DNA of 64,000 nucleotides from Rotaria socialis (Eukaryota), in assembly GCA_905331295.1 (NCBI GenBank), contig CAJNYD010000067.1:1-64000 (forward strand), read 5' to 3'. The notes below the pieces were generated by a model. It was not told the DNA's origin and searched no databases. It saw only the letters and a list, made by a program, of their open reading frames with translations. Positions within the stretch are counted from its first letter, which is position 1, and each line of letters starts with the position of its first letter. Positions 51,069-64,000 of this stretch are shown here, in pieces. The position numbers and the translations under genes are program-made.

Positions 51069-54000
51069 ATTACACGAATATTGATCACTATGTACAGTTC
51101 CGATTATATCAGACCAATGAAGAAGATGTTCTAAAAATAACCAAAACAAAAACTAATGCATATTATAGATTTATTTAGCAATCTTCATACCAGGCGGCCA
51201 ATCTTTTGGATGTGTTTGTTTCGACCAAAGACCATGAAATGTCAATTGATATTTTGCTTCATCACAAGCACAACAAGGATTACGAGGCCGATGCATTACT
51301 TTAGGCATATCTAAATAAAAACAAAACAAAAATTTATTTTTCAATCTTATTTATTTCCTTCATCTAACACTAACTCATCATATCCTTTTGTTTGTTTTTC
51401 GAAACATTATCATTACAATCAAGTGTACATCGTTGTTGTTCTTCCAAAGATTCACCACACTGAGCAATCATAGCTGCTCGTTTATCTGCATACATTCTTG
51501 TTCGTGTTTGTGTACCTGGTCGATGACATGTAGCATTCATACACGATGACCACTCACTCCACATTGAAATCAGACAACGTGGATCGTGAACCACTTTAAT
51601 AAACAAAAAATTACAATAAGAAAAATGACCATATCAATTAAATCTATACTTGGTTTATGATCTCTAATGAGCTCATCACACATAGCATTGCATTCATCGT
51701 GTGCCATAAAATTATTTTCATTGCCTATGGAAAAAAGATTTGATTTAGTACAAATGAAAATATGCTAAGAATACCTCTGCATCCACCATATTGAAATTTG
51801 GTACATTTGCGTGTTGTTACATCAAAATAGAATCGTTCAATAAATTTGGTACATGGACCTGGTTCCAGTGGTTGCATACATTTATCTAAATTATGGAAAA
51901 ACATATTTTGTTTTCGTTCGTTTTATTGATCGAATCGTTTTAACGTACCTTTTTTCTCAGCTGCTTCCATACTTTTAATCATTGTTTTACGTGAATCTGA
52001 TAAACGATACATTTGTGTTGGATCACACGGTACATTACAATCACGAAATTCTTCCAATGGTTCCGCACAAAAACCCATGGCTAAAAATTTAACTTTATAT
52101 GCACGAAATCGAACTTGTGTTCCTTGTCCACAAACAGATGAGCAAGCGCTCCACTCTGACCATGGTAATGTCATACAGCGTGTGTCTTTACCATCCTCTA
52201 AAGAGTAAAAATTTTGCGTCTTCAAAAATAATCATTCTTTTCAAATAGCAAACCTGTTCGACCACGTAGTAAAATATCGCATGTATCTTCACATGCATCA
52301 CGTGTCAGAAAATTATTATCATTAGCACCACAGCCGCTGTAGTCGAATTCAAGACATTTACTCATATCCAAATTGAAATAGAAACGTCGTTCGTACTGTG
52401 TACATGAACCAACTTCTATCAGTTGCATACATATACGTTTCTTCTCGATCATATCAGTTAAACGACCTTGTTCACAGGCAGGTTTCATTCCATGACAAGT
52501 TTCTTTTTCCATTAATTGATATTCTAGTTGACATTGAGCATTGTCTCGACCTTTTAACATTGTACGAGAACGAGTACGCATTCCTGTACCACATGTTACG
52601 GAACAATGTGACCATGCTGACCATTCACTTGCCATACACCTACAAACAAAAAGAGAAAGAGACTTTTGTCTTTAATCAATTCAGCCCAAAGCATGGCGAA
52701 ATATTCACATTGCATTATGTGTTGATTTTGAATGATCATTTGTCATGGCTGATGAGCATGCAGTCAATTGACATGAAGCCATATCATAAGTTCGTTGATT
52801 ACAATGACGACGAAAAGCTTTATCGGGCATAACATAAGCACGTCGTCTTGTTTTTATTCCATGGCCACAACTAACTGAACACGATGACCACGGTGACCAT
52901 TCAGTTAAGCGACAGTCTGGTAATGATGTTTCTTCTTTAAAATATATTTAGAAATAAAACATACTGCCAAACAATCATATATGTTCAATAAATTACCATA
53001 GGCATACATCAAGTTTCCTGAATAATCATATTTTTGTTTCAATCGTTCATTTCGATGTTTTTCGTGTGATAGATCAATGTCAGACGATGAATCTTCAAGA
53101 TTATTTGGAGTTCTATGGGAATTTTGTGTATTAGGTTGATTGTTTGGGCATTGAGCACCACGAACAAGTGTTCGTTGAAGAGTTACACGTGCTACTGGCA
53201 TCATTGGTTTACCTATAAAATTTTTTTAAAAACAATCTTAAAAGACAAAAAAACAACTAAGATATTAAATACGAACTCATAGGATCATGAAACGGTGATG
53301 TTGGTGATACAGTAGCAGTAATTGTATGAATTTTTTCCAAAGGCAACGTTGGTAATCGACTTGACTAAAAAATAAAATAATACATTTAATAAAAATAAAA
53401 CTGATTCAATTTACCGTATAAGTATTTCCACTATCAATACCTGCATCTAATGGATAGAGATCTTCTGAATATTGTTCAATCCATGTACAATTGGACAAAC
53501 ATAAATTTATTGCATCGACTCCTATTTATGAAATAGACAAATATGTCATTCATGAATAATTTTAAATTTTCACAATTAAATAAATAATGAAGCATAAACA
53601 AAAATTAATGTACCTGTAAACCAATCAGGGCTAGGTAATAGTTTGCTAGCAAAGCTAAATTTAGGATGACGAGGAGAAACTGTGAATACATTCATCGTTG
53701 ACTCGATTTCTTTTGATGACATATTTAAGGGTTGAGCAAATAATAAACTACGAATAGCTCCATTGAATGACTACAATAAACAATAAACACCATTGACAAC
53801 GTATACAACATTAAGAATAAATACAAAAGCAAAATGAAACTATAAGAAGACATGACGAATACAACGACAGAATTTTTCTTTTCTCCGAAAACTGAAAATC
53901 TACCTATAAAAGAATCTGCTGATTCTATATTCTCATCAACATATTTATTAATGAGAGATATTTGATGGTAATCTCGATTGACTCGAATAGCTTGACGCCA

Positions 54001-55167
54001 CCATGTATCGGTTATAAAAAAACGTAAACCGACCGATCCTTTACGTTGCTAGTAGAATTTAATAGAAGAAATGAAAAAATCATGTCCTTTAATTTTTTCC
54101 TCTAACGGAGAAATACTAACTTCATTTGCTAATTCTTGTTCTAATGTATGTGTTTCACCGGTTAAAACTAATTCACTTAAGCCACGATGAGCATATGAGC
54201 CAACTTGAAACATTGAATAATTTGAATTATGAACAGCACCAACAGTTGTTGAAAAATGAGCTAAAACTAAAAATGAAAACAAAACAAGTTTTACCGAAAA
54301 CAAATCCGCTTACCCGTTGATGATGGCCAAGCAGTTTTATGTGTTTTTGGTGACCAAAGTCCTTTGAATGTTAATTGATATTTTGCTTCACCACATGCGC
54401 AACATTGTTGCATCATTTTCTTGATATGCATTTCTAAATAGAAATAATATCCTATTAAATGCATGATTGATTATTTTATAGAACACTGACGATCTTCACA
54501 CATAGTATATGTAAGAGCATTTTCATCTTTGAACCATGTTGTATCTGAACGAACAACAGTAGCTCTAAGTGAATAGAGAAAAAGAAACGAAAGTATTTTA
54601 ATTAAAAAAAACCTCGTCACATAGGAACAAAATAGATACTTGAATGAAACACATCCTTGTGCATGACGTGGTGCAATCCAATCGATAGATATAGAATTTT
54701 TTAATTTATCTGGATTTGCATCTGTAACACCGCCGGGACAATTACGTTGACTTATAACAGCTTCCTGCATTGAGTCATCATTATTATTTGTTGATTGTAA
54801 TAATTCAAAATGTCCTATTGGTCGATAGGGTTGTTCATCAGACCATGTTGATGGTACAGCAATAATCATGAATTCTTTAAATGAAGCTTGATAAAATTGA
54901 TTTTTAAAGCCATTTAATGTAACTAAATTCAAAATAGCAAACAAGCATTCGCATTTTCTAGACTCAAATAGGTTTTCGAAATTGAACATTACGTTTATAT
55001 GTGCGGCCAGGAACATATGCTTTAAAACTTCCTTCAACAGTTATACGAAAACCATTATCACCCGGTGTTTGAGGTACTAAATATTTGGATGAACGAATAC
55101 AAGTTGGAGGTTGTGCAAAAATAATATTGTTTAAAATAAACAATTGTAAGAGACACACGATCCACAT
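48534..55167 (-). CDS. SPON1: F-spondin-like secreted protein: signal peptide, Reeler, spondin_N, TSP1 x2, Kunitz, TSP1, Kunitz, TSP1, second spondin_N, TSP1 x2, Kunitz, TSP1 x2
   Basis: Signal MWIVCLLQLFILNNIIFA. Reeler TPGDNGFRI..WIAPRHAQGCVSFRATVV. Two spondin_N domains (CCACGEAKYQLTFKGLWS..PSPDWFTG..PLDAGID and CCACDEAKYQLTFHGLWS..GPSPDWVAG..PIDAGTD). Eight WSxWSxCS-type repeats and three six-Cys Kunitz domains. Stop at 48534. Confidence 0.92.
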
Positions 55168-56420
55168 GTCACAGTTAATAATGTCTATATCAAGAAAAAA
55201 TAAAGAAATTAGTTCGTCGTAACTAGTATACGTTGATATTCTAAGAAACGCCCAACAATCAGCATAGCCTGCAAGAAAAATAACAACAACAGCAGCAAGT
55301 AATATATATAATAATGTATTAAGTATACAGAAAGCATCCGGAAGAGAGAAGAAAGAAGAAAGTAGTAAATCAATAATAAGCGAGAAAGAATATGTCTTGA
55401 GAAAGAAATGAGATGCTGATAAAAAAGACAGCTTCTTTTCTATCTTTTCTATTTCTTTCCTATTTCCATTTTTTTTTGTATGTGGCTTTTTTTCTAACAC
55501 ATAAATCGACGACAACAAGGATAGCATGACAATTGAAGACACATTCGATAATGGTTAATCATGTCAAAATGTCATTTAAATTGAATTTATATATAATCAA
55601 ATAGACTTTCTCATATTTAATAAGATCGAAAGATATACATAGTTGAAAACAATCACGTTTCATATACTTATTATGTTTGACAGCTTTTTTTTCTACTCAA
55701 AATATTAATACAATGATTAGGGAAATTTATTATTTACTTAAGAAGTTTTTATTTATTTGTCATGGCCTTCAAGATAGTTTTCCTGTTTGAAAAAGACAAA
55801 CATACTGAAAAATAAGAACCCATATTGATAATGAATGGTTTTTTGTGGCATAAATGACAAAAAAAAAGAAATAGCTATTATGATAGATAGTACTCAAAGG
55901 ATAAATCGATAATACGAAACATGTTGGCTTGAAATGATGAGACAGTTGACATAACCTACAACAAAGATTCTACTAATGTTCTTCTTTGATTAATATTCTA
56001 AAGAGAAACAAATGCGATTTGTTATATTAGTAGCCATGGTCAAAAGAGAAAGAAACATATGAGACTAAGTACTTTGTTAATATATGAATCAATTACTAAA
56101 TGCAAAAACCAAAACCAAGAATATAATTGAGACTTTCTGCCCTATGTAAACTTGTACATAATATTTTTCTTATTTCAACTATTCTGCTTATTATTATTAT
56201 TATTTATTTAATCGACTCTCGTAATTGAATAAAAAATGACTATAAAAGAATAACATTTCGTACATTGACAAGAAAATAATTGATATTTTCATTTTATGCC
56301 TTTTATTCATCCAATTTCAAACTTCCAAAACAAAATCTGGATGCACTTCGGAGTATATCTGAAGTATTAGTTCTAGTAGCACTATAATTCTGTATATCAA
56401 AATCCTGACTACGTTGTTTT

Positions 56421-56463
56421 TCTCTCTCTCTCTCTCTCTCTCTCTCGATGAATATATATATAT
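56421..56463. repeat. (TC)n and (TA)n microsatellites
   Basis: Direct reading. Confidence 0.9.
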
Positions 56464-57730
56464 AAATATGTATACAAGCATTGATAAGTCAGCTAGTACC
56501 TTTTAATAGTAAGCCATTCTTTGCTTAGTACGATAAGATTAGCATGTCCACCGCAGCTGTTCCATTCGACTTTAGATGGGTGGGAGATTTAGTCCCTGGT
56601 ATATTTAGTTTCAAGCTGCTTAACATATTTTTTCATCAGCCAAACTCTATTTGTTACAATAGTCGAAAGATGACAGGCACGCTTTCATGAAGGTCGAAAT
56701 ACGATTCGCTAGATCTGTATCGAACTAAATCGCATAGATTCATGATCTTATCATTATTGATAATACCTATATTACAATTGATGCATTGCAAGCGTAGACT
56801 CTTGCGAGTCATGGTTCCCATCACAGAAATAATCTTCGCACAATTGAAGCTCAAAGAAATTATCATTCATCGTATATCAATGCAATTAACGTTGAACATG
56901 ATTACAAAAGATAGTTTAATTTTGAGATGTGGTAAGACAAACGTTGACTGTAATGAGTGCATGATCTTTTTAAAACCGTTCACATCATTTTTTTATGTAT
57001 TCTGGTAAGTTTAATTTGATAACCGTAAACAAACAGTTTATAATGAATAAAAGGCCAACTACAAATTCATTATTTATGTACTTCATAAAGAAATACCTAT
57101 GATGCAAAATTCTAACATTACTATAAAGGATTCTTCATAGTGCGAATGCTGGTTGAAATTTTTTGAACTATTCTAATGAGCTTGACACAGTACTAGTGCC
57201 ATTAGTTTTGATATTTCACGAGTTACAATAAAAAAAAAGCTCTCAGGGAGTAGTTTAAGAATCATTCAATATCCAGTTCAATTTTAACAACGAGTTACAC
57301 TCATAGTTCACAAATTCATTTCAATGCGCAAAAATCTTTACTAAAAACGTCGTCAGCATGTTGCACTGCTCAGTTTAGAACTTCGCAAAAGGTCATTTAT
57401 TTTTTTTGATCGAAAAAGAATGAACAAATCTAGCACATAATCTATTTTATGAGCACAATAGACAGCAAATAAATGAAATGCGGATGAGAGAAAAACGGTT
57501 TATGCGTACATACATACTACTTCTGAACATAATGAACAAACAAGAAATGAATGAATAAACAATAATTGACTTGTTTTAGTGTCTAGAACGACAAGTACAC
57601 ACCCACACACACACAGGCACACAGAAAATACATACAACGAAATAGAAGTAAAAATGAGAGATTAATTATTGACTCGGACCGATTGTCATTTAGATGTTTG
57701 TTTTGAGAAGAAAACAAAATGCTATTTGAC

Positions 57731-58574
57731 TTAAGCATTGGTTGGTGAAGTTGTAGCTGATTCGTTAGATGAAGTTGTAGCTGCTGTTGTTGTTGTTGTT
57801 ATGTTTCCTGCAGCTTTCTTTGGTCGACCTCGTTGTTTTCTAGCTGAACCATCAGCGCTAGTTGATGCCTGGGCTTTTGGTGCTGATTTTTTAGCACTAC
57901 CAGTACCTGATGGTCGTCCACGTTTTCTAGCTGGTGAAGCTTCTTTTGATGCTGATACTTTTGCAACTACTACTGCTTGTTTTGGTGGTGACGGTGCTGC
58001 TGCTGCTGGTCGTCCACGTTTTCTCTTTGCTGGTTCGTCGCTATCATTATCTTCGGTACTAGCAACTGGAGTTACATGAACCTACATGGAAAAGTATTAA
58101 TTTAAAGAGCTATTTGTTCATATACATATATATCCTACTTGAGGTTTGCTTATGCCATTTGTTTGTTCACTTAGTGTACTGCTCTTGGATGGTCTACCAC
58201 GTTTTTTTTTATTTGCATCGGCATCTGTTGGCGGTTCTTCTTTTTGAGGCTTTGCTGCAGCAACTGTTTTAGCTGGAGATGATGTTCCACCTGTTTTTGA
58301 TGGACGACCACGGCCACGTTTTGGTGAACCAGAATTAGTAGCTGGTTTGGGTGCACTTGTAGCTTTAGGTGGGCGACCGCGACCTTTTTTTTGACCTGCA
58401 TTAACTGATGATGATGATGCATTTTCATCTAAACAAAATAATATTTTTCACTATGTACAAGAAATAAAAACAAGCAATTTTCTTACCATGAACACCGTTA
58501 AATATTGCACCAGTATCCATTGGTAAAACGCCAGCACTATCGGTTAAAGCAGTAATATTATTTTGTTGTTCCAT
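57731..58574 (-). CDS. HMGA-like chromatin protein with six AT-hooks (exons 58488-58574, 58139-58428, 57731-58081)
   Basis: The spliced frame gives KKGRGRPPK, PKRGRGRPSK, KKKRGRPSK, KRKRGRPAA, RKRGRPSG and KKTRGRPKK in a S/T/A/K/P-rich protein, with canonical GT-AG introns. The correct frame is not in the ORF track. Confidence 0.88.
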
Positions 58575-59676
58575 TTATTTAAATGATATGAATATTAAAA
58601 GAATCTGCGGTAGAAAAAAAAAAGAACAAGAATATCGCGACGAGCTTGACCGCTATCTGTCTAATGATAGAAAAAGAACAAAACGAACAATGATCGATTG
58701 ATGACGTTTCTTTGTATTGGCTCCACCAACGAGAACTCGAAGGGTCGCAAAAAACGTTTGTTTTGTTTCCGAAATAATTCTCATAAGAAAAATTTCAAAA
58801 CAAATATCTAAATAATTTTCAGTGTTTCTGTCCTTTATTATGTATGGTAAAAATAAACGCTCATGCATGTGTGTGCATCGCTAAATTATAGTTTATCCTC
58901 AAAGTGACATCTGTTGATTCAATCTATATTTCTATTGGTTCAATAAAGAAAAAATATTCAATTCAAGTGATTTCTCTTGAATGCAGTTTTTTTTCCTAAT
59001 AAACGAAAAAAATCACACGCACAAACACGGGAAAAAAGCTACTGTACACAAAAAAGAAAGCCAATGCTCGAAAAAAAAGAAGGGCCGGATATTTAAAAAA
59101 ACCAAAAACGAACCCGTTCTATATACTTTCTGTTATATATAGAAGCAACAAAATGGTCACATCAAAGCTTTTTTACAAATATACAAGAGTATAGTGCTAT
59201 TGTTTTTTGTTTTTTTGTGTCATCAAATGTACATAAAGCCAAAATTCATATGTAAGAGAGAGAAACAAAAAAATCACAGATGGAATAATGACGCGTACTG
59301 TAATAGAGAGAATAGAAGATGTACACCTATATACAGAAGAAAAAAACCAACAACAAAAAAACAGGACATGAAACTGTTCATCAACGTTATGCACGAAAGC
59401 CACATGAAAAACTCGAACAATAAACCAAACAAACAAACAACGAATCAGTTGATTGTGAAGCAATGAAACGCAACAAAAGAAAGAAAGAAATGTAACATGA
59501 AACGAACTAATGGTACTAAACCGGGAAAATGACCTCTCTCTCTCCCACTCACTTAGTTTACAACACACAGAAATAAAAGTTATAGATACCTGAAATGGTT
59601 TGGTTGTTTAACACACAGAAATTTTTTATGTATATGTATATATATATATATGTAAAATTTTTATGTACAAATATTT

Positions 59677-60800
59677 TTACATCATACCAATCTGATTAAA
59701 TACAGATTCATCATCGCCATATAAATCAATAAGTACACCTAATACTTGAGGATGCTCATTTGCGACTGCCCATTCAACTAATGACATATCACCTGTTTTA
59801 CGTCTTTCTTCATAACGACGCCAATCAGTACCATGCTTAAGTAAAGTAACAACAACGGAACCTTGGTTACATTCAATAGCTCGTTCTAATGGAGTCTTGT
59901 TTTCAAAACCAGGATAATCCACAGGGAAACCACGCGTTAATAAATAATCTATGATATCAATACAACCGAAACCTATGGCAACATTTAATGCTGATTCACG
60001 AGCCACCGAGATGCAATACTAAAAGAAAATATAAATATGTTTTCGAGAAAAGTAACTTCGTTCAACAATCACTACGTAATAGTATGATATAACTATAAAT
60101 TATTTTTCTCAAATTTCTATTTTTTTAAATCTTTACATTCAATGAACCGACTTTTCAAAAATATTTTCGAGAATCTTTTGTCATCAGATATCAAATAAAG
60201 CTACAGTCAGAATATATTATTTTCTATTTTTACCCATTCATTAAGTTATTTTCCATACGCATCTATTGGTTGATTTATTTTATAAGACAACCTATGATTC
60301 ATATTTTCTTTATAATCAAAAATATCCGGTGATTAATAATCGATCGCATGAGAAAAAAGAACAGTCTACTGATTTGATTATTCTTGTCGTAATTTTCCAT
60401 ATTTTTATGTAATTAAACTTACAGGATTATGACCAAGATGAAGAAGAAGATCAACCATAGTCAGTCTTCCACTAGCGATAGCTGTATATAATGGCGTATG
60501 TCCATTTGAATCAAGTAGACATGTATCAGCTACCATGGGTTGTTGCCGAAGTCTACTATGTAAACGAATAATACCCGAAACATCATTTGTTCGAACAGCA
60601 TGGTGTAAATCAAATTTTGGTAGTTGTACTTCAGATTGTTGTTGCTGCTGTTGAATTTGTTGATGTTGAGGCTGTTGCGTTGACTTTGTTGTATGAGATG
60701 GATGTTGATAGGGAGTATAATGTGCACGATGTTGAGGAATCACCGGACCACTATTGTGATGATGGTGAGAATGATGATGAAAGTTGCTCTCAGTCAACAT
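59677..60800 (-). CDS. Ankyrin-repeat protein with His/Gln-rich N-terminus (exons 60423-60800, 59677-60018)
   Basis: MLTESNFHHHSHHHH..QQQQQ, DSNGHTPLYTAIASGRLTMVDLLLHLG, ESALNVAIGFGCIDIIDYLLTRG, NKTPLERAIECNQGSVVVTLLKHG. Phase-0 GT-AG intron. Confidence 0.85.
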
Positions 60801-61499
60801 AGTACTCGTGATCACGATTGATTAAACAAAAAAAAGAAATCTAAAACTAAAATTAAACCACAGTTAGAAACAGATATATGTGTAAATGACCTTCTCATTC
60901 TCCTCGGCGTCGTATTCTTCTTTACGTTACCCTAGATCGATGGTCTAACATGCCCTGAGTGCATCTCTCACTCTCTCTCTTTTTCTCTATTAATCGAAAG
61001 AGAAAGAGAAAAAAAATAGCGAAAGAATTAAAATCGGTATCCAGACCTTTTTGTACGTTAAAACGTATTACGTAGAAAAATTCACAAGAAAAATTGTTGT
61101 TGTTAAGAATTTATCTATATTCAATAGGCTCTCCATATAAGCTGATGCCGGCATCAGCTGTTTAAATAAGCAAAGAGATGGAGAAGAAAAATGGGTCATA
61201 TCAGGACAATTGGCCTCCGTGCTCTATAGATAGCGTAATAGACTTGTCCTCATCGATCGTTCGATCGCTCACATCTGTAATGGACAGGATGGATATAATA
61301 CATGTTCCTTTTTTTTTCTACGCCCTTCTCTATTCTTCATCGATTCATGCATCTTTTGTTCGATAATTTTATTGTCAGCTACGCACAACAACACAAGTCC
61401 TTGTTCTCAAAAGATGCGTACATAGTACTCGCAAAAGAAAAGAAAAGAAAAGAACAAGAAAAAAGTCTTCTGTCTATAAAATCTACTATGAATACATTT

Positions 61500-61505
61500 A
61501 CACAT

Positions 61506-61540
<35 letters not shown>
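61500..61540. repeat. Compound (CA)n/(TA)n microsatellite
   Basis: Direct reading. Confidence 0.9.
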
Positions 61541-64000
61541 CTAGCGATCAGTAGCACACATGCATATATTTACACATTAGCTACTTGGTCGACGACTTAC
61601 TGTTCTGACAAGCAACAATGCATCTGTTTTTTTTATATTCTTGAGTGGGGCATTGATGTGTCTTTCTTTTTTTCCTCTGTGCTATGCAACTAGTTGCCTT
61701 AAGCATGTCTCACCACATTCAGTCAGTCAATCATTCATTCACTTGAAGATGAAAGCATCATCATCATCCTTTTTGTCCCTATTACTACTATTACCTTTTC
61801 CTCTTTCGTCTAGCGAAAAGTAAGAAATGAAAAAAGGCACTCAACTCAACAAGTAGCAAAAAAAGCGAGCAGAAAAAAAATATTCAACTGCAAAAAGAAT
61901 AGCAATTTTTACTGTTGTTGCTGTTTCTACTGATGGCTAAATCAATAATGCCAGAACGCGACGAGTTGCATACGTGTGCGTGCTCTCTTGCGATTTTCTC
62001 GCAAAATTTCTCTCTACAACTAAGAAAAAGCCACAACTATCAGCTGCTTATTGACTATATAACTATTAAGAATTCAATGCAAGAACGAGAGAAGAAACCT
62101 AGGATAGACAAGTCATCAACTTGTGTCATCCGGAAGCATTCAGAAGCCAAGGGTCGATGTACACGATTTATTGGCAACATATGTCGAAGAAAAGAAAACC
62201 GACAGCAGCAAAATAATCGAGTCCTTTTCACTCACTGTTTTGTTCTCATATGAATCGACGTGATTGCGTTTTGCAGAGAAAAAAGAAATATATATATATA
62301 TATATAACCAAGATAGATAATTAGAACACAAGAGAAGAGGCCAACTATTGCATTAGTCGTGCAGAACATTGTCTAGAATAGAACGACCTTTGAACCTCAT
62401 CGGAAGTAATCTTAATCGTAGACAAGAAATACAATAAGCAATGTGAAGATTTCTGTGTTCTTTTAATCAAATATTTTGCGTTCAAATCTATTCTCATCTA
62501 TCCTATTAGTGAATTGAAAAACAAAGACAACAGACACATGCACACTCGTACAAAAACTATAAATGATCAAAAACTGATATTTAATGCACTAAATAGAGTT
62601 ATTTTGACATTTTCTTAAATGCTAACTATAATAGAAACATGGAATTCTCATCATTCTCATGTACATGTAATCAATTATTTCTATCGATTCTTTTTTTATT
62701 AGAAAAAAATGGGTAGGTCTAATAAAAACAGAAAAATATTGTTTTTTGTACTTAAATTTTTCTTTTCTTTCACCATTAAATATTTACCTGAGAGTATTGT
62801 AATTATATTAAAAACTAAAAACAACACACAAGCATCGCCGAAAGAGAAAGAAACTGAGTAAGAGAAGGATCCTATGATTTCATATACATGTGCCACGTCA
62901 GTTACATGACACACAACTATCCCATTGGATGTTGTTTTACTATACGATGACGTTAGGTCTTGCATCACTGTTGTCACGTGATTACTGTTTAGGTTGTGCG
63001 AAGGATTATCTAGTTATAGACCGAGATGAGTGTATATACATATAATATATCTAAGAGATGAATAAACTTCTGTACACGAAAAGAAAACATAGTTGAACAA
63101 GTGAGGCTAGACAAAAGGTGTAAAAGAACAAATAATGAACAGTTTTTACCTATCGCAATTTTAATTCGATGAATATTAGTGATGATGAAAAAAAATATAT
63201 ATAATGTAAAAGGCAATCTGTCATTATATTGTCTAAAGTGATCACCTTATGTTATATACGTATACATATATATGTACGTGTGTGCGAGTGCCTATTCGTC
63301 ATCGCCTCATCCATTATCTTCTTGTCTTCGTAGCATTGATTGCACACGCGATTAGAGATACAGTATAGCAAACAAAGAAGAAGCAAAGAGAAGATATCGA
63401 ATATGTGCGCAATAGAGATTATTTTTAACAAAAACATGTGGCTTATCGACTTCTCACGTTTTTTTTTCATCAAATTGAACAAGCAATATATTACATAGAC
63501 CGACGGGCTTTCTCAGGGCATTTTATTTTGACCTCGAAATGAGAACTTTTCTATACATACACACAATGTATATGTTCTATGTGCTTTACGTACCGATAAA
63601 AAAAACGAAAAGCCAGAATACGTAACGTAACGCGTTTTAAAACATTATTTGTCTATGCTAAGTCACTGTTTAAATGAAAGGAAAAGATAAAAAAACGAGA
63701 GATGTAGTCAGATTTTGCTATTAAAACAATATGGTGTCTTGCATACATGTTTGGATAGAAATTTTTACCTATTAAATCCTACTAGAAGACATATTTGCAT
63801 GTAACATATTTACATTGATAATTATTCTTTTACTACATTCTAAGAGTCAAAAAGAAACTTGCTCGTTCGTTTTGTTTTTCTATTAAAAAATGCATTGTAA
63901 TCTTTCGATAAATTCTTTTTCGATTTTGACCTTACTTTCACGTCCACGTCAGCTACACCTAAAATGCTCTCTTTCTTTATCAAAATAGAAATCTTGTACG

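Noticed and set aside
55168..55542. Hydrophobic N-terminal extension of the 192-aa ORF upstream of the spondin
   Set aside because: Non-ATG start in T-rich UTR/intron sequence; the ATG at 55167 gives a proper signal peptide.
57738..58079. Plus-strand 113-aa ORF with GRPR repeats
   Set aside because: It is the antisense shadow of the AT-hook exon on the minus strand.

Overview
This is an AT-rich eukaryotic (animal) window with many short introns of about 50-65 nt, a style typical of bdelloid rotifers (taxon is inferred, not proven). Nine spliced protein-coding genes can be reconstructed: an ORP2/OSBPL2-like oxysterol-binding protein (-), USP32 (+), TAO kinase (+), NDFIP (+), a short ankyrin protein (-), VPS35L (+), an F-spondin-like protein (-), a six-AT-hook HMGA-like protein (-) and a His/Gln-rich ankyrin protein (-). 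There are also several MITE/foldback elements and one N at 23490. The most unusual observations are: (1) an F-spondin with two spondin_N domains, 3 Kunitz domains and 8 TSP1 repeats in one reading frame; (2) an ORP gene with an internal alternative first exon that removes the FFAT motif, plus a candidate 21-nt microexon; (3) an operon-like TAO-NDFIP junction; (4) a six-hook, acidic-tail-less HMGA-like protein missed by the ORF track; (5) a near-perfect long inverted repeat at the window start. All gene models were assembled by eye from GT-AG boundaries, and no database searches were run.
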